64,000 nt of DNA from a virus. The translations under genes and the position numbers were made by a program. Every line of letters starts with the position of its first letter. Position 1 is the stretch's first letter. Below are positions 30,101 through 38,211 of the stretch, one piece after another. Where the stretch lies: the IMG/VR virus record IMGVR_UViG_3300037091_000060, positions 36,421-100,420 of that record; one strand, 5' to 3'. The notes beneath the pieces were generated by a model, which saw only the letters and a list, made by a program, of their open reading frames with translations, was not told where the DNA came from and did not search any database.

Positions 30101-31450
30101 ACCTGCGATGCCGAATAGCGTCCCGTTCGCGCCCACGCCCCCGGGCCACTTCGCCCAAAGTAGAACCTTAGTGCCATTCTGGTTATCAAGATAGACACCG
30201 CCTGCTGTAATTCCGGTTGCTCCGATTGTTTCAGCAACACCGATTGCATTTTTCAATGTCACGGTTGTTGTGGTCGACGCAGTGATAACGAAGGTGCCGT
30301 TGTTTTGAATGTTGGCTACGAATCCAGCTACTGCCATGTACAAACCAGCGTAGCCGTTGTTTGCACCGCCCGGGAAAGTGCCCGTGTAAACAGTTGTTCC
30401 AGCCGACGCGTCAGCTGCACTCGTAACAACCATCGGACCACTAGTTCCGGTGTCGATGATTAACTGGATTGTTCCATTTGCAAGTTGGAAAGAGAACGCG
30501 CGATCTGGTGGTGTCGGATATACTGCACTCACATGGACGCCGTTCGCCCCAGAGACTGTTGGAACACTGATGTTGGTCGCAGATGAGATAGTGACTGGAC
30601 CTGTGGTAACTAACGCGCGACCCGTAAGAGTTCCGCCGTTGAGCGTTATGGCTGACGTTGCGAGGATATCTCCCGAGAAGACGTGGGTGTGTGCATCGAA
30701 TGTCGCCGCACTTCCGACTACCCAAATAACATTGTCGGCGATTGCGCCGTTAATCAAACTGATTGTGGTCGCAGCGGTGTCGACATTAAGTGCCGAACCG
30801 ACTTGGAAAACGAACACGGGGTTCACAAGACCCGCACCGTCTAGCGTGATGGTGCCGCCTGTGAAGTGCAGCGTCGATGACGCCGCGCCCACGAAACCGG
30901 GGCTGCCGTTGTAGCCTGTAGCCGTTGCGGTAAAAGTCTGATTAGCGTAGGTGCCAAGGATAGCGACCGGAGTCAAACCATTAAAGAACGTGAAGGCCGT
31001 CGTTAGATCAACTTGGTTCTGTGCAGTGGCTGTGACCACCGATGCCGGAGGAGTGAAATTCGCACTCGTAAATCCAGTGATAGAACTTGTTGGGAAAGAG
31101 CCAACGTTACCACCAGTTATCAACGTCGCGCCCGTATTAGTTACACCCGCAGAAGCGAGAGCCGCGTACAAAGCGGCGGTTCCAAGCTGCACTTCTACGA
31201 CTCCGCTGGTCCCCATCAAGGTAGAGCCGGGACGGCGCATCAAGGTTAGCCGATTGGTCAACTCAATGTTGCGACCGCCTAGAAGAGCATCAGGACGACC
31301 GCCATAATAGTGTTTCTGCGCAGGGTCAGACGGGTCGTGCAGTACCGCACGCTGCGTGTACAAACCCGTGAAGGCATCGTCCATGAAGAGCGCAGTATAC
31401 TTTGGCTGCTTATTCGGCTGTGCTCCTGCTGCTTCAAATGCAGTGGTCAT
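27137..31450 (-). CDS. tail hub/stabilization (tubular B-like) protein with inserted DUF3494 domain and WxA repeats
   Basis: Position after the adaptor genes; N-terminal LTLMRRPG; ITLDGAG..VFVFQVGS..NVIWVVGS..LTGRAL; repeated TSG..PTW..TTDG.I.W. Confidence 0.65.
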   Translation of the reverse strand: MTTAFEAAGAQPNKQPKYTALFMDDAFTGLYTQRAVLHDPSDPAQKHYYGGRPDALLGGRNIELTNRLTLMRRPGSTLMGTSGVVEVQLGTAALYAALASAGVTNTGATLITGGNVGSFPTSSITGFTSANFTPPASVVTATAQNQVDLTTAFTFFNGLTPVAILGTYANQTFTATATGYNGSPGFVGAASSTLHFTGGTITLDGAGLVNPVFVFQVGSALNVDTAATTISLINGAIADNVIWVVGSAATFDAHTHVFSGDILATSAITLNGGTLTGRALVTTGPVTISSATNISVPTVSGANGVHVSAVYPTPPDRAFSFQLANGTIQLIIDTGTSGPMVVTSAADASAGTTVYTGTFPGGANNGYAGLYMAVAGFVANIQNNGTFVITASTTTTVTLKNAIGVAETIGATGITAGGVYLDNQNGTKVLLWAKWPGGVGANGTLFGIAGQTYFVAVAGVLFAGDGITTHKYTPLNINFPSTPAGSSVSVWNWGIIAPTKQPGVSISPSGAGASVWQAATVFSTMGLTLDTNSPSQIWQVIGVNANGLNTTTPQFGTTGNGEPTWPTNEGGTVNDNGVVWTNMGALADYVPGGFYTDLGSAGVGGESYAKPGAIAGPTTQSAVYGNYKNSGGLGQANTPNNEPKFNGAYPGPSGGYPDINNTGNVGLHWFAIGSYATPAGMALMRWHPSHSYALWHTTGSPATINATNSDIVLTGNLPAAPGTTVYLFVPTTAGTSGTGYQPFPPASPIGFVQGDGEVQWLNLGPSAWQANFAYVPWSAQGSTFGVIFDTVSSTFQVCTRLVAGGTGLSGGTVPTFSTGYMSTTTDGGIIWTCVGPNVPWAALQTWNLPTQGFQPPGPSEPFGGSEVIGSGNVQAVISSGTSGGTVPTWSTILSTPPTTTDDTITWQAASAASSQSIAWSFGLAYAYSYKARPLDDFYSVGPLGGGAIPPGGKAFLQPPFGSQTNAISSASPVNQIIGANTGAINTISGDYSPDPQVDTIVIYRSADSASGSANMFELTEIPNIPSQAPIYGGKGWTFKDFLPSVATGTFPGLNVLLPAPINGVNDPPLNSYLPMTYNYTRIWGVNMINGQSVPFSGGPDTNVGNPNEAFNAADELPFLAPAIRLIRTSQGIVTFLTDSIEMIGGGPATGTFFSYTMAPGIGLLSFNACDVFAGEIYFFAADNSFNVITPSLNVSTYGYALGDQFANQPSFGIGDATWNPKNIYVSILRNGTDNCIFVSDGSTGWYRLNPRQVPGGSQGPEPIWSPFAAITGGCKLVQSVETAPGIHRLLIGGPTSPAVLSTRDLTVFTDNGTPYDANFTMGSIMLAKPGAIALLRFFEMDFSGISYQPTVSYLLNELNGTFTSFVNGALGVPQFDPPSLYGDTISPTSYSPNRYYFDTTGSLARCRHLQLRVDMGVTANPDELFNLTIFGRLVIEI

Positions 31451-32592
31451 TACATCCCTCTACCTGTACTTCCGGTTTGAGTTATAGCAGTCGTTGACTG
31501 ACGTTCTACATCATGAGCAATCCACTGTTGAATGAACGCGTTCTTCTGCGTCTCGGTTAATCCTGTTGCCTTTGCCAAAAACGCTGCGATGCCGCGCTGT
31601 CTATACAGTTGTGCGCGCCCGTCATCAACAACCGCGAGTGCTTCTGAGAGGAACAAATTGTTGAACACGTCGGAGAACTGATCGGGAATCGGTGCCCAAC
31701 TCAGGTTGTTCACAAAACCTGCTTGAGCAGCATTCGCCACGCCAGCGTGAGTTTCGTTAACTTGCGTTGTAGTTGTACCTACTAAGGTCGTGGATGTGGA
31801 AGAGGTCACTGTGAATGCAACATCGTTGCCAACGTTAGTAAAACCAGTCATCGTGAAGATCATACCAGCGTACGCGTTCGCTGCACCGCCAGTAATAGTT
31901 CCCGTGTATGTGGTGGTGGCACCAGAGACCGTAACTTGTGTCAAAACCAAAGACGACACACCATTGGGATTCGCTACGACCAATGATGTCGCGCTGCTGC
32001 TCACAACTGTGAACGAACCACTGTTTATTAACCCCATCCCGGTTATGACCGCTGTCGAACCTGCGGGGAATGATGCAGGATTGAAAACACCAGTGTACGT
32101 TGTATTTCCGGCAGACGCATTAGCAACTGCGGTAATGAAGAACGGCCCGAACTGAGCGGCAGTCTTCTGGTACGTAACTGTGACCGTATAAATCTTATCG
32201 GGGACGCCGAGGAAACGGAACACGCATCCCGCTACTGAGTCTGAGGACTGTACCGACATCGAGTTCGGGCGCTGTTGAAAAGCAGAAACGGCCAACGACG
32301 CGGTGTTAAGGAGGTCTTTTATCTCCCAGATATTACCTTGGTCGTCCGTAAGAGAGACCTTCTCCACGAACGCTAGGTCAACGACGGCTGCTCGGGTGTA
32401 ATCTTGAGTCCCTACTACAGTCGAAAACGTTATCTCGGCGCGATTCCAATACCAAGTCAACGGCGGATTCATCATCGTGTTGCGAATCATTGAAGCGATT
32501 GAAACCGCAGGTTCGTTTCCACTTCCCGCCGTCAAAGGGCTGTACTGAATATATGGACGAGCGAAATTAATTGTGTTTTGTAGGGTGAGCAT
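31450..32592 (-). CDS. head-tail adaptor-like protein
   Basis: WYWNR..FSTVVGTQDY..PDKIYTV..WAPIPD resembles phage adaptor proteins. Confidence 0.6.
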   Translation of the reverse strand: MLTLQNTINFARPYIQYSPLTAGSGNEPAVSIASMIRNTMMNPPLTWYWNRAEITFSTVVGTQDYTRAAVVDLAFVEKVSLTDDQGNIWEIKDLLNTASLAVSAFQQRPNSMSVQSSDSVAGCVFRFLGVPDKIYTVTVTYQKTAAQFGPFFITAVANASAGNTTYTGVFNPASFPAGSTAVITGMGLINSGSFTVVSSSATSLVVANPNGVSSLVLTQVTVSGATTTYTGTITGGAANAYAGMIFTMTGFTNVGNDVAFTVTSSTSTTLVGTTTTQVNETHAGVANAAQAGFVNNLSWAPIPDQFSDVFNNLFLSEALAVVDDGRAQLYRQRGIAAFLAKATGLTETQKNAFIQQWIAHDVERQSTTAITQTGSTGRGM

Positions 32593-33152
32593 TAAGCAGC
32601 CTCTGTGCAGTACTTACAATTTTGCGAAGTCAACCCACGGCTAATGTGCCAACGGGTGTGCATGCCTTTAGGGCCGCCAATCTTGCCGCTGATTTTTCCA
32701 TATACCCGGCCAGCAGCAACCCTGTCATAGTCAGGCGAAAAGATACCTTTCTTTTCTTTCTCCATCAGAGCACCGCAAGCCAACCCACCTTTAGAAGAGA
32801 TAGATCGAAGATGCCCGGATTCAACCATCATACGTCCAGCCATACGACCTCCCACAGCACCAAATTCTGATGTGAGGCCGAAATATTTCTGGTCTAAAGG
32901 AGAGAATTGATTTGACAAAGGACCACTACGAAACGTGTTGGCGCGAAGAATTTCCATGTGTTCAGAAGCAACTAAATGCCACAGGAAATCATCACTATCG
33001 TCCTCGATGGTCTTTGCGAGTTTCAGAAAATGATTTGAGTATTTCGTTTTATCGTATTCACGCCAACGAACTTCTAGCGCACGAACTGTGCTGCCCACTT
33101 TAACAACCTCTCCGGTTGTCTTGTCTACAACGTGATAGATTTGTCCAATCAT
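32592..33152 (-). CDS. putative GIY-YIG-like homing endonuclease
   Basis: GQIYHV...KVGST...R..E; GG repeats and HTRWH..CKYC tail; AT-rich insert; start at MIGQIY. Confidence 0.6.
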   Translation of the reverse strand: MIGQIYHVVDKTTGEVVKVGSTVRALEVRWREYDKTKYSNHFLKLAKTIEDDSDDFLWHLVASEHMEILRANTFRSGPLSNQFSPLDQKYFGLTSEFGAVGGRMAGRMMVESGHLRSISSKGGLACGALMEKEKKGIFSPDYDRVAAGRVYGKISGKIGGPKGMHTRWHISRGLTSQNCKYCTEAA

Positions 33153-33153
33153 A

Positions 33154-34737
33154 TTAAGGTCTGGGATAATTATACGGCCAACTGCCACCTTGGAAGTTGT
33201 TGCGACTACGGGCTGCGCCGAATACGGTACGCTGTGGAACGAACTTGTTCTCTTCCAACTCGCGATCTTCTTTCACGCGAAGGGCTAACAGTGCCTTTTC
33301 CCACAACGCCCACTCGGGTTGGAACTTCGCGAATACGGCCTTCTCTGGGGAGCGGCGGTAAAGTTGCGCAACGAAGCCGTCGCGGAAGTGCTGCTCTAAC
33401 TCATCTGGCAGCGGTGCTAGTGTCTGGTTCAAGTCAACGAAGCGGACTGGCTTCATTTGTGATACTATATTAAACTCCCACTCCGCGCCTGTCTGTGAAG
33501 GTACCGGGGTGAAACGGAAGCCCCAGCCGTTCGGGTCCAACACGGTCCACTGGGTCGATGCGCCTGTGCCGCTGACGGTCGTACCGGGAACTGCGTTACG
33601 TGCCGCGACTGGTGGTGTGGTCCCTTCGATGCCGTACGTAGTTATCAGCAAAAAGTTACCGTTCGAATCACGAATCTGAGTGATCGGATTCTTTGGCTGA
33701 CTATTGTTAGCTGAGTTGTTCACGTAGCCGCCTGACTCGTATGTGCCGGGGTTCACGGCCATCGTAACAGTTATAACTGGCGCAGTGAGCACGGTGTCGT
33801 TGATGTTTGTGACAACCCAGTCGCCGTTATACGCTGTGGGAAACGCGCTCGCGATGTTCATCGTCTGCCCGACTATGATGGTCGGGAGGATGCTCGTTAT
33901 CGTGAAGGTCGCAGAACCACCGCCCCACGAGGCCGCAGTTACGACTGAGCCTGTCGGCTGAAGGTAGACCGAACCGGGTTGCGGGTTGTTGCCAATGGTC
34001 GGGCCGCCTACGTTTGCTTGTCCCCATACCCCGTAATACAACGTACGGTTCGGGAACCAGTTGCACTTGAAGCCGGGATTGCCTAGACCTATACGAGCAC
34101 CGCCCGAGTAAGCCGCTGTTAGTTGAGGTAGTTGACGACCAACTTCGACGGTCGTGTACGGTTTCGGAATCGATGAGTTGTTGATGTCGAATGCGATGCC
34201 GCGCTCCAACCACGATAGATTCAAGAGCGGGCCGCCTGCTGAGACAGCGGTAGCCGCGTGTGTTTCCGGCACGCCGCCTGCGTTTCTTAGCACCAGCGCG
34301 CCCGCTGATGAGGCTACGCACATGAACGTGCCGTTGTTGCCTGCCTGTACAAAGCCTGTGATTACGAACGGTATGCCGACGTAACCGCCGAACGCTCCGT
34401 CAGGCATCGTGCCTGCATAAGTTGTGTAGCCTTGGGAGGCCGAGACCAGAGTAACCGCAGTGAGCGTCAACGTGCCACTCAAGCCTGCTGCATTCACTAC
34501 AGCGTAGTCCTGCTGAAAGCTGTTGCTAAAAATCGGAGGGACGTTGAACTCATTCCACTTGAACGGAAAAGGAACGGCGCAGATCGCAGTCATAACCTTA
34601 TTGGCGATGGACAGTGCGACTACCTGTGTAAATCCCGCAGCGTTGATGACTGGCTCTAAATCGCCGTACGTCTGACAGTCGTCGACTATGTTTTGCAACG
34701 TGACTGTCGACTGGTTCGAAGTGTTATAGATTGACAT
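33154..34737 (-). CDS. head-tail adaptor-like protein
   Basis: FKWNE..QQDY..FRFTPVP..LAPLPD, paralogous layout to 31450..32592. Confidence 0.6.
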   Translation of the reverse strand: MSIYNTSNQSTVTLQNIVDDCQTYGDLEPVINAAGFTQVVALSIANKVMTAICAVPFPFKWNEFNVPPIFSNSFQQDYAVVNAAGLSGTLTLTAVTLVSASQGYTTYAGTMPDGAFGGYVGIPFVITGFVQAGNNGTFMCVASSAGALVLRNAGGVPETHAATAVSAGGPLLNLSWLERGIAFDINNSSIPKPYTTVEVGRQLPQLTAAYSGGARIGLGNPGFKCNWFPNRTLYYGVWGQANVGGPTIGNNPQPGSVYLQPTGSVVTAASWGGGSATFTITSILPTIIVGQTMNIASAFPTAYNGDWVVTNINDTVLTAPVITVTMAVNPGTYESGGYVNNSANNSQPKNPITQIRDSNGNFLLITTYGIEGTTPPVAARNAVPGTTVSGTGASTQWTVLDPNGWGFRFTPVPSQTGAEWEFNIVSQMKPVRFVDLNQTLAPLPDELEQHFRDGFVAQLYRRSPEKAVFAKFQPEWALWEKALLALRVKEDRELEENKFVPQRTVFGAARSRNNFQGGSWPYNYPRP

Positions 34738-35066
34738 GCGTCACCTTAAATTAGTTTGTGCTCGCGAAGAATCTTCATCACGAGTGCCTCTGCCGCTTGC
34801 TCCGCGTTATGCACAGCCGCGCTGATGTCTCCGGCTGGCCCGCGCCGCCTACAATCTCTGCCGTTGTCGGCTTCGCGCTGTTAGGGTTACCAGCATTTAC
34901 TGACATGAAAATACCTCTAGCGCAGATACGGAGACGCTAAGATTATAAATTCCATATGTGGTGGATTGGGACGTCTGGGTGGTTGCTACGGTGGTCATCT
35001 TGGTCCCTGAGAAAGGAATAGGGCGGGAACCGCCGCCCTTCGGGGCCTTGTGGCCGTTGGTGAAAC

Positions 35067-35618
35067 TTAAATCTGTAGGTTCGGTACTTCCAAGCCTTCG
35101 GCAGACTTCGGCAAAGGACTCGTTGTCATTGTGGCGAAGCGTTCTGATGATGACATCTTGTTGCTAGAATCTTCTGCCATCTCCCACGCTCTGCGCCAAC
35201 CGATGTTGGTCCAGTTCGGAATCTTACTTCCGTTACGAGTCAAGTACTCGTCTGTGTCGCCCGGGAGCCAACGTGCGCTGCACAAGGTGCACTTAATGAC
35301 CTGAGTGCGGTCGGTGAAGATGTGAAAGTAAACTGCGGGGTCCTTCGCTTGCGCGCGCTGACGGGTGCTACCACCCTTCATGTGCTTGCAATTCTTCTGG
35401 GCCTCGATCTTCGCGATTGTGTAGTTCTCGCTGTCTCTGCGGCGTTGCTTGTCGCGGGCTTGTAAGGCCACTTCCAACGCGGCTTCTTTCTCAGCAACGC
35501 GAACTTCCTTCGCCATCATGATGCTTAACAGCGCGGAGAAATCTGCGTCCGAGATATTGCCTTTTGATGCCTTCGTCAAAATGCTGTTCACATTTGGCGG
35601 GGTCTGTTGATCTGACAT
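35067..35618 (-). CDS. hypothetical Zn-finger protein
   Basis: CKHMKGG..HIFTD..CTLC; paralog of 39872..40342. Confidence 0.65.
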   Translation of the reverse strand: MSDQQTPPNVNSILTKASKGNISDADFSALLSIMMAKEVRVAEKEAALEVALQARDKQRRRDSENYTIAKIEAQKNCKHMKGGSTRQRAQAKDPAVYFHIFTDRTQVIKCTLCSARWLPGDTDEYLTRNGSKIPNWTNIGWRRAWEMAEDSSNKMSSSERFATMTTSPLPKSAEGLEVPNLQI

Positions 35619-35692
35619 ATTACACCTTGAAAGGTTGGCAAGTGAATCTTCAACCGCCCTGTTTTGGCCCGGGGTCAGGCAGATTGTGCGGC

Positions 35693-36391
35693 CTATACGC
35701 TGGCGTTATAGCTTGCGACAGGGTCCGATTGTCCGAGAGCCTCTTGGTCTTCGATGTCAACGTAACGCGTAGCGTTGCGCTTCTCCCAAAGACTGCGGAA
35801 GTATCTCGCGGAAATTACGTTCGGCGATGGTACGCCGAAGATTTTGTGGCACTGCTCTTCTGTGATAATCTCTTTCTCAACTAACTGAACTGCAACCGTG
35901 CGCCAGCCTCGGAAGGCCTCGCCGTTCGGGATGCCGTGGGCGTCCAACTTCAACACCGACCACTCGTACATCGCCGGAACTTGAATGAAACAGACGTAAC
36001 GGAGTTTATCGTGGCGGTACGGCGGGGTCGCCCAAAGACCGAGGGTGCCTCTCAAACCGTTGTCCATCACGATTGCCTTGATTCCGCCTTCTTTCAACTT
36101 CGCCATAAAATCGATAGTGGAGATCGGATTGATCTTGCGCGCGACCTCGTTGGTCAACTGCTCCTGATCGTCCCACTTGTACGCCGCTGCCATCTTGTTC
36201 GAGATTTCTTTCTCGGCGGCGAATGACTCTCTCGCAAACTCTTTATACTCTTCTGGGTGCGAAACCCACTTGGGCGTGCCGCCCGCGAGCATCTTTTGAA
36301 TGCTCTCATGTGTAGCGTTCACATCGTGGTGCTCATTGTACGGCTCTGCGTCGATACCCTTGATGAACGGCTGATCTGGTTGATGAATCAT
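35693..36391 (-). CDS. conserved hypothetical protein downstream of capsid gene
   Basis: 232-aa ORF; RGWRTV motif. Confidence 0.65.
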   Translation of the reverse strand: MIHQPDQPFIKGIDAEPYNEHHDVNATHESIQKMLAGGTPKWVSHPEEYKEFARESFAAEKEISNKMAAAYKWDDQEQLTNEVARKINPISTIDFMAKLKEGGIKAIVMDNGLRGTLGLWATPPYRHDKLRYVCFIQVPAMYEWSVLKLDAHGIPNGEAFRGWRTVAVQLVEKEIITEEQCHKIFGVPSPNVISARYFRSLWEKRNATRYVDIEDQEALGQSDPVASYNASV

Positions 36392-36801
36392 TGTTGGTAC
36401 CCCTTTAAGTATTCGATTGCGTTGGTGAGGATGATTATGGAGTCTTTGAATCTACCGAGACCGAGATTGCAATCTTCGCATAGGAGACCGCGACGGCACT
36501 TGTCACAACTTCGCATTGGGCGGCAGCACTTATGGTTGTGGTCTATGTGCGGTGTCCCTTCAAACTCTTTACGACAGACGGCGCAACGATTATCTTGTTT
36601 CGCCTTCTTGGCATCGTACTGCTCTTGCGTGAGACCATGTCGTCGTGACCGATGAACCGCAAGTATTCTGTCTTTATTTTTGCGATAGTAAGGTCCGTAA
36701 TACTCTCTATTACGAGTCAGTTCATCTTCACGGTGGCTATCATAGAATCTTTTGTTTTTCTCGCTCGACGTGAGCGGTGCCTCTGGATTAATTCTTTTCA
36801 T
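36388..36801 (-). CDS. endonuclease VII-like HNH protein
   Basis: QDNRCAVC..HIDHNH..RGLLCEDCNLGLG; GGAG SD supports MKRINP (36801) as the start. Confidence 0.9.
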   Translation of the reverse strand: MKRINPEAPLTSSEKNKRFYDSHREDELTRNREYYGPYYRKNKDRILAVHRSRRHGLTQEQYDAKKAKQDNRCAVCRKEFEGTPHIDHNHKCCRPMRSCDKCRRGLLCEDCNLGLGRFKDSIIILTNAIEYLKGYQQ

Positions 36802-36859
36802 TTTTCTCTCCACGAAAAGAGTTGATTAAGGGAGCACGTTCGTGCGTACTCCCCTAATC
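36802..36859 (-). promoter_or_regulatory. kissing-loop leader, copy A
   Basis: Loop CACGAA of a 15-bp stem is complementary to loop UUCGUG of the CUCUU/GAGAG stem that holds the SD. Confidence 0.75.
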
Positions 36860-36862
36860 TGC

Positions 36863-36891
36863 ATCTTAACACAAGTTGCAACCTGTGTCAA
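36863..36891 (-). promoter_or_regulatory. sigma70-type promoter overlapping a palindrome after the capsid stop
   Basis: TTGACA-17 bp-TAAGAT; TTGACACAGGTTGCAACTTGTGTTAA is nearly self-complementary. Confidence 0.7.
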
Positions 36892-36900
36892 GAGGAAATT

Positions 36901-36992
36901 TTACTGAATTGCCGGAACTGAATCAATGAAGCGAATACGCTGGGTATTCACGCCAGTAGCAGGTGGCAACGTCACTGTTTGATGGAATTTGT
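36901..36992 (-). CDS. major capsid protein exon 2
   Basis: After splicing reads (Y)KFHQTVTLPPATGVNTQRIRFIDSVPAIQ*, in frame with exon 1. Confidence 0.85.
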
Positions 36993-37232
36993 CCTATGTG
37001 TTACATTACTTTTCAGTAATGGGTTGGTCATTTCTGCCAACCACTCATGGTTTGATTCCCATGAGAGCAGACTATCGCATCGCCTTTCGGCGTTCTCTCG
37101 CTTAGTCGTTCACGGTGCCTTTCGGCTTCCGCCTTGTTCCCGTCTCAGGGTTCAAGTCAATCAGAGAGAATTCTCACTCGTACTACGTTACTGAGTGACC
37201 CCGCTCTTAAGCTGCTAGCTTAAGAGATGTTG
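36993..37232 (-). mobile_element. group I intron (240 nt, no ORF) in major capsid gene
   Basis: Exon ends in U and intron ends in G; P7 strands GACUA...UAGUC (R: GAACGACUAAG, S: GAUGCGAUAGUC); P3 UUCUCUC/GAGAGAA; GAAA tetraloops. Confidence 0.9.
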
Positions 37233-38166
37233 AGGAACACCATCCACCGATTGTTGAGACGGGGTCAAAGCTGGAAGCAGGAGCATCGGTCACAACTCTG
37301 CAATCGATGGTCTTCCAATCGCCCTCGTCCAAGTCAGTGTCGCCCGGAACCTGCAACCATACACCGATCATCGCGTAATTTCCGAACACATAAGTTCTGT
37401 ATCCGATCTTACCCGTGCCGAGGTAGTTGGCCGTCGTGGTTACGAACGGGGTCTGCATGAAGCCTATGTTCGTGCCCGGTAGGACGATGACCTTATTCTG
37501 GTCGCTGCCCGCCATTGCGTCGAACTTCTCCATGTTCTCGTACTTCCACAAGTCAACGATGCTGTTGTTCACAGTCGTTGCGTTGTAGATGTCGCCCAAC
37601 ACGTTCGGGCTGACTGCGCCCAAGAACATGCCACGCTTGCAAGGCAATACGTTCTTTGAAACAAGCTGCTGCTTCAATTCACGGATTGTGCCTAGGTCTA
37701 GCGTGTACGGAGATGCTAGCAACGTGTTCTGGTTGACCTGTGAGTCTACGCCAGATGCGCTGTCAGCAACTGCGCTGTACAACTCGCTGATGGACTGCCC
37801 AGCTTGGTAGCCGAGTTCCACTGCGCTGTTGCCCACCAACTCATCGATTGCGGCTGCGATTGCAAACGAACTGAAGTTGGCGTAGTTGTTCCACTCACCA
37901 ATCTGGGCGGGTGAAGACAACTGAGTGATGACTTCCGGGTTTCCCACGGTGCCGTCAGCACTCTGTACAATGTCGCCCGTGAGCGTGTTGTACTGGAAAA
38001 ACGTACGGTTTACGCCCATGTGAAGACCTTGTACACGTCGTTCTGCTGCTCCAACGAATGCGTTGGTGTTGCCCTTAAGGTTCGGAATCAATTCCTTATC
38101 GAAAATGATTGCCTGTGCCGTTAGGACGTTTGATACGTTTGACCCCGAAGGGTTTGGACCGCTCAT
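37233..38166 (-). CDS. major capsid protein exon 1 (spliced product 341 aa)
   Basis: Follows the scaffold gene; HK97-fold/N4 gp56-like pattern; ends DPVSTIGGWCS. Confidence 0.85.
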
Positions 38167-38211
38167 GGTGTTGCCATAGTCTGGGTCTCGGCGCGAACGC
38201 CGGGAAGATTG

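Noticed and set aside
37207-37232. Capsid C-terminus STSLKLAA* from the ORF track
   Set aside because: It is intron sequence read in frame up to an intron stop codon.
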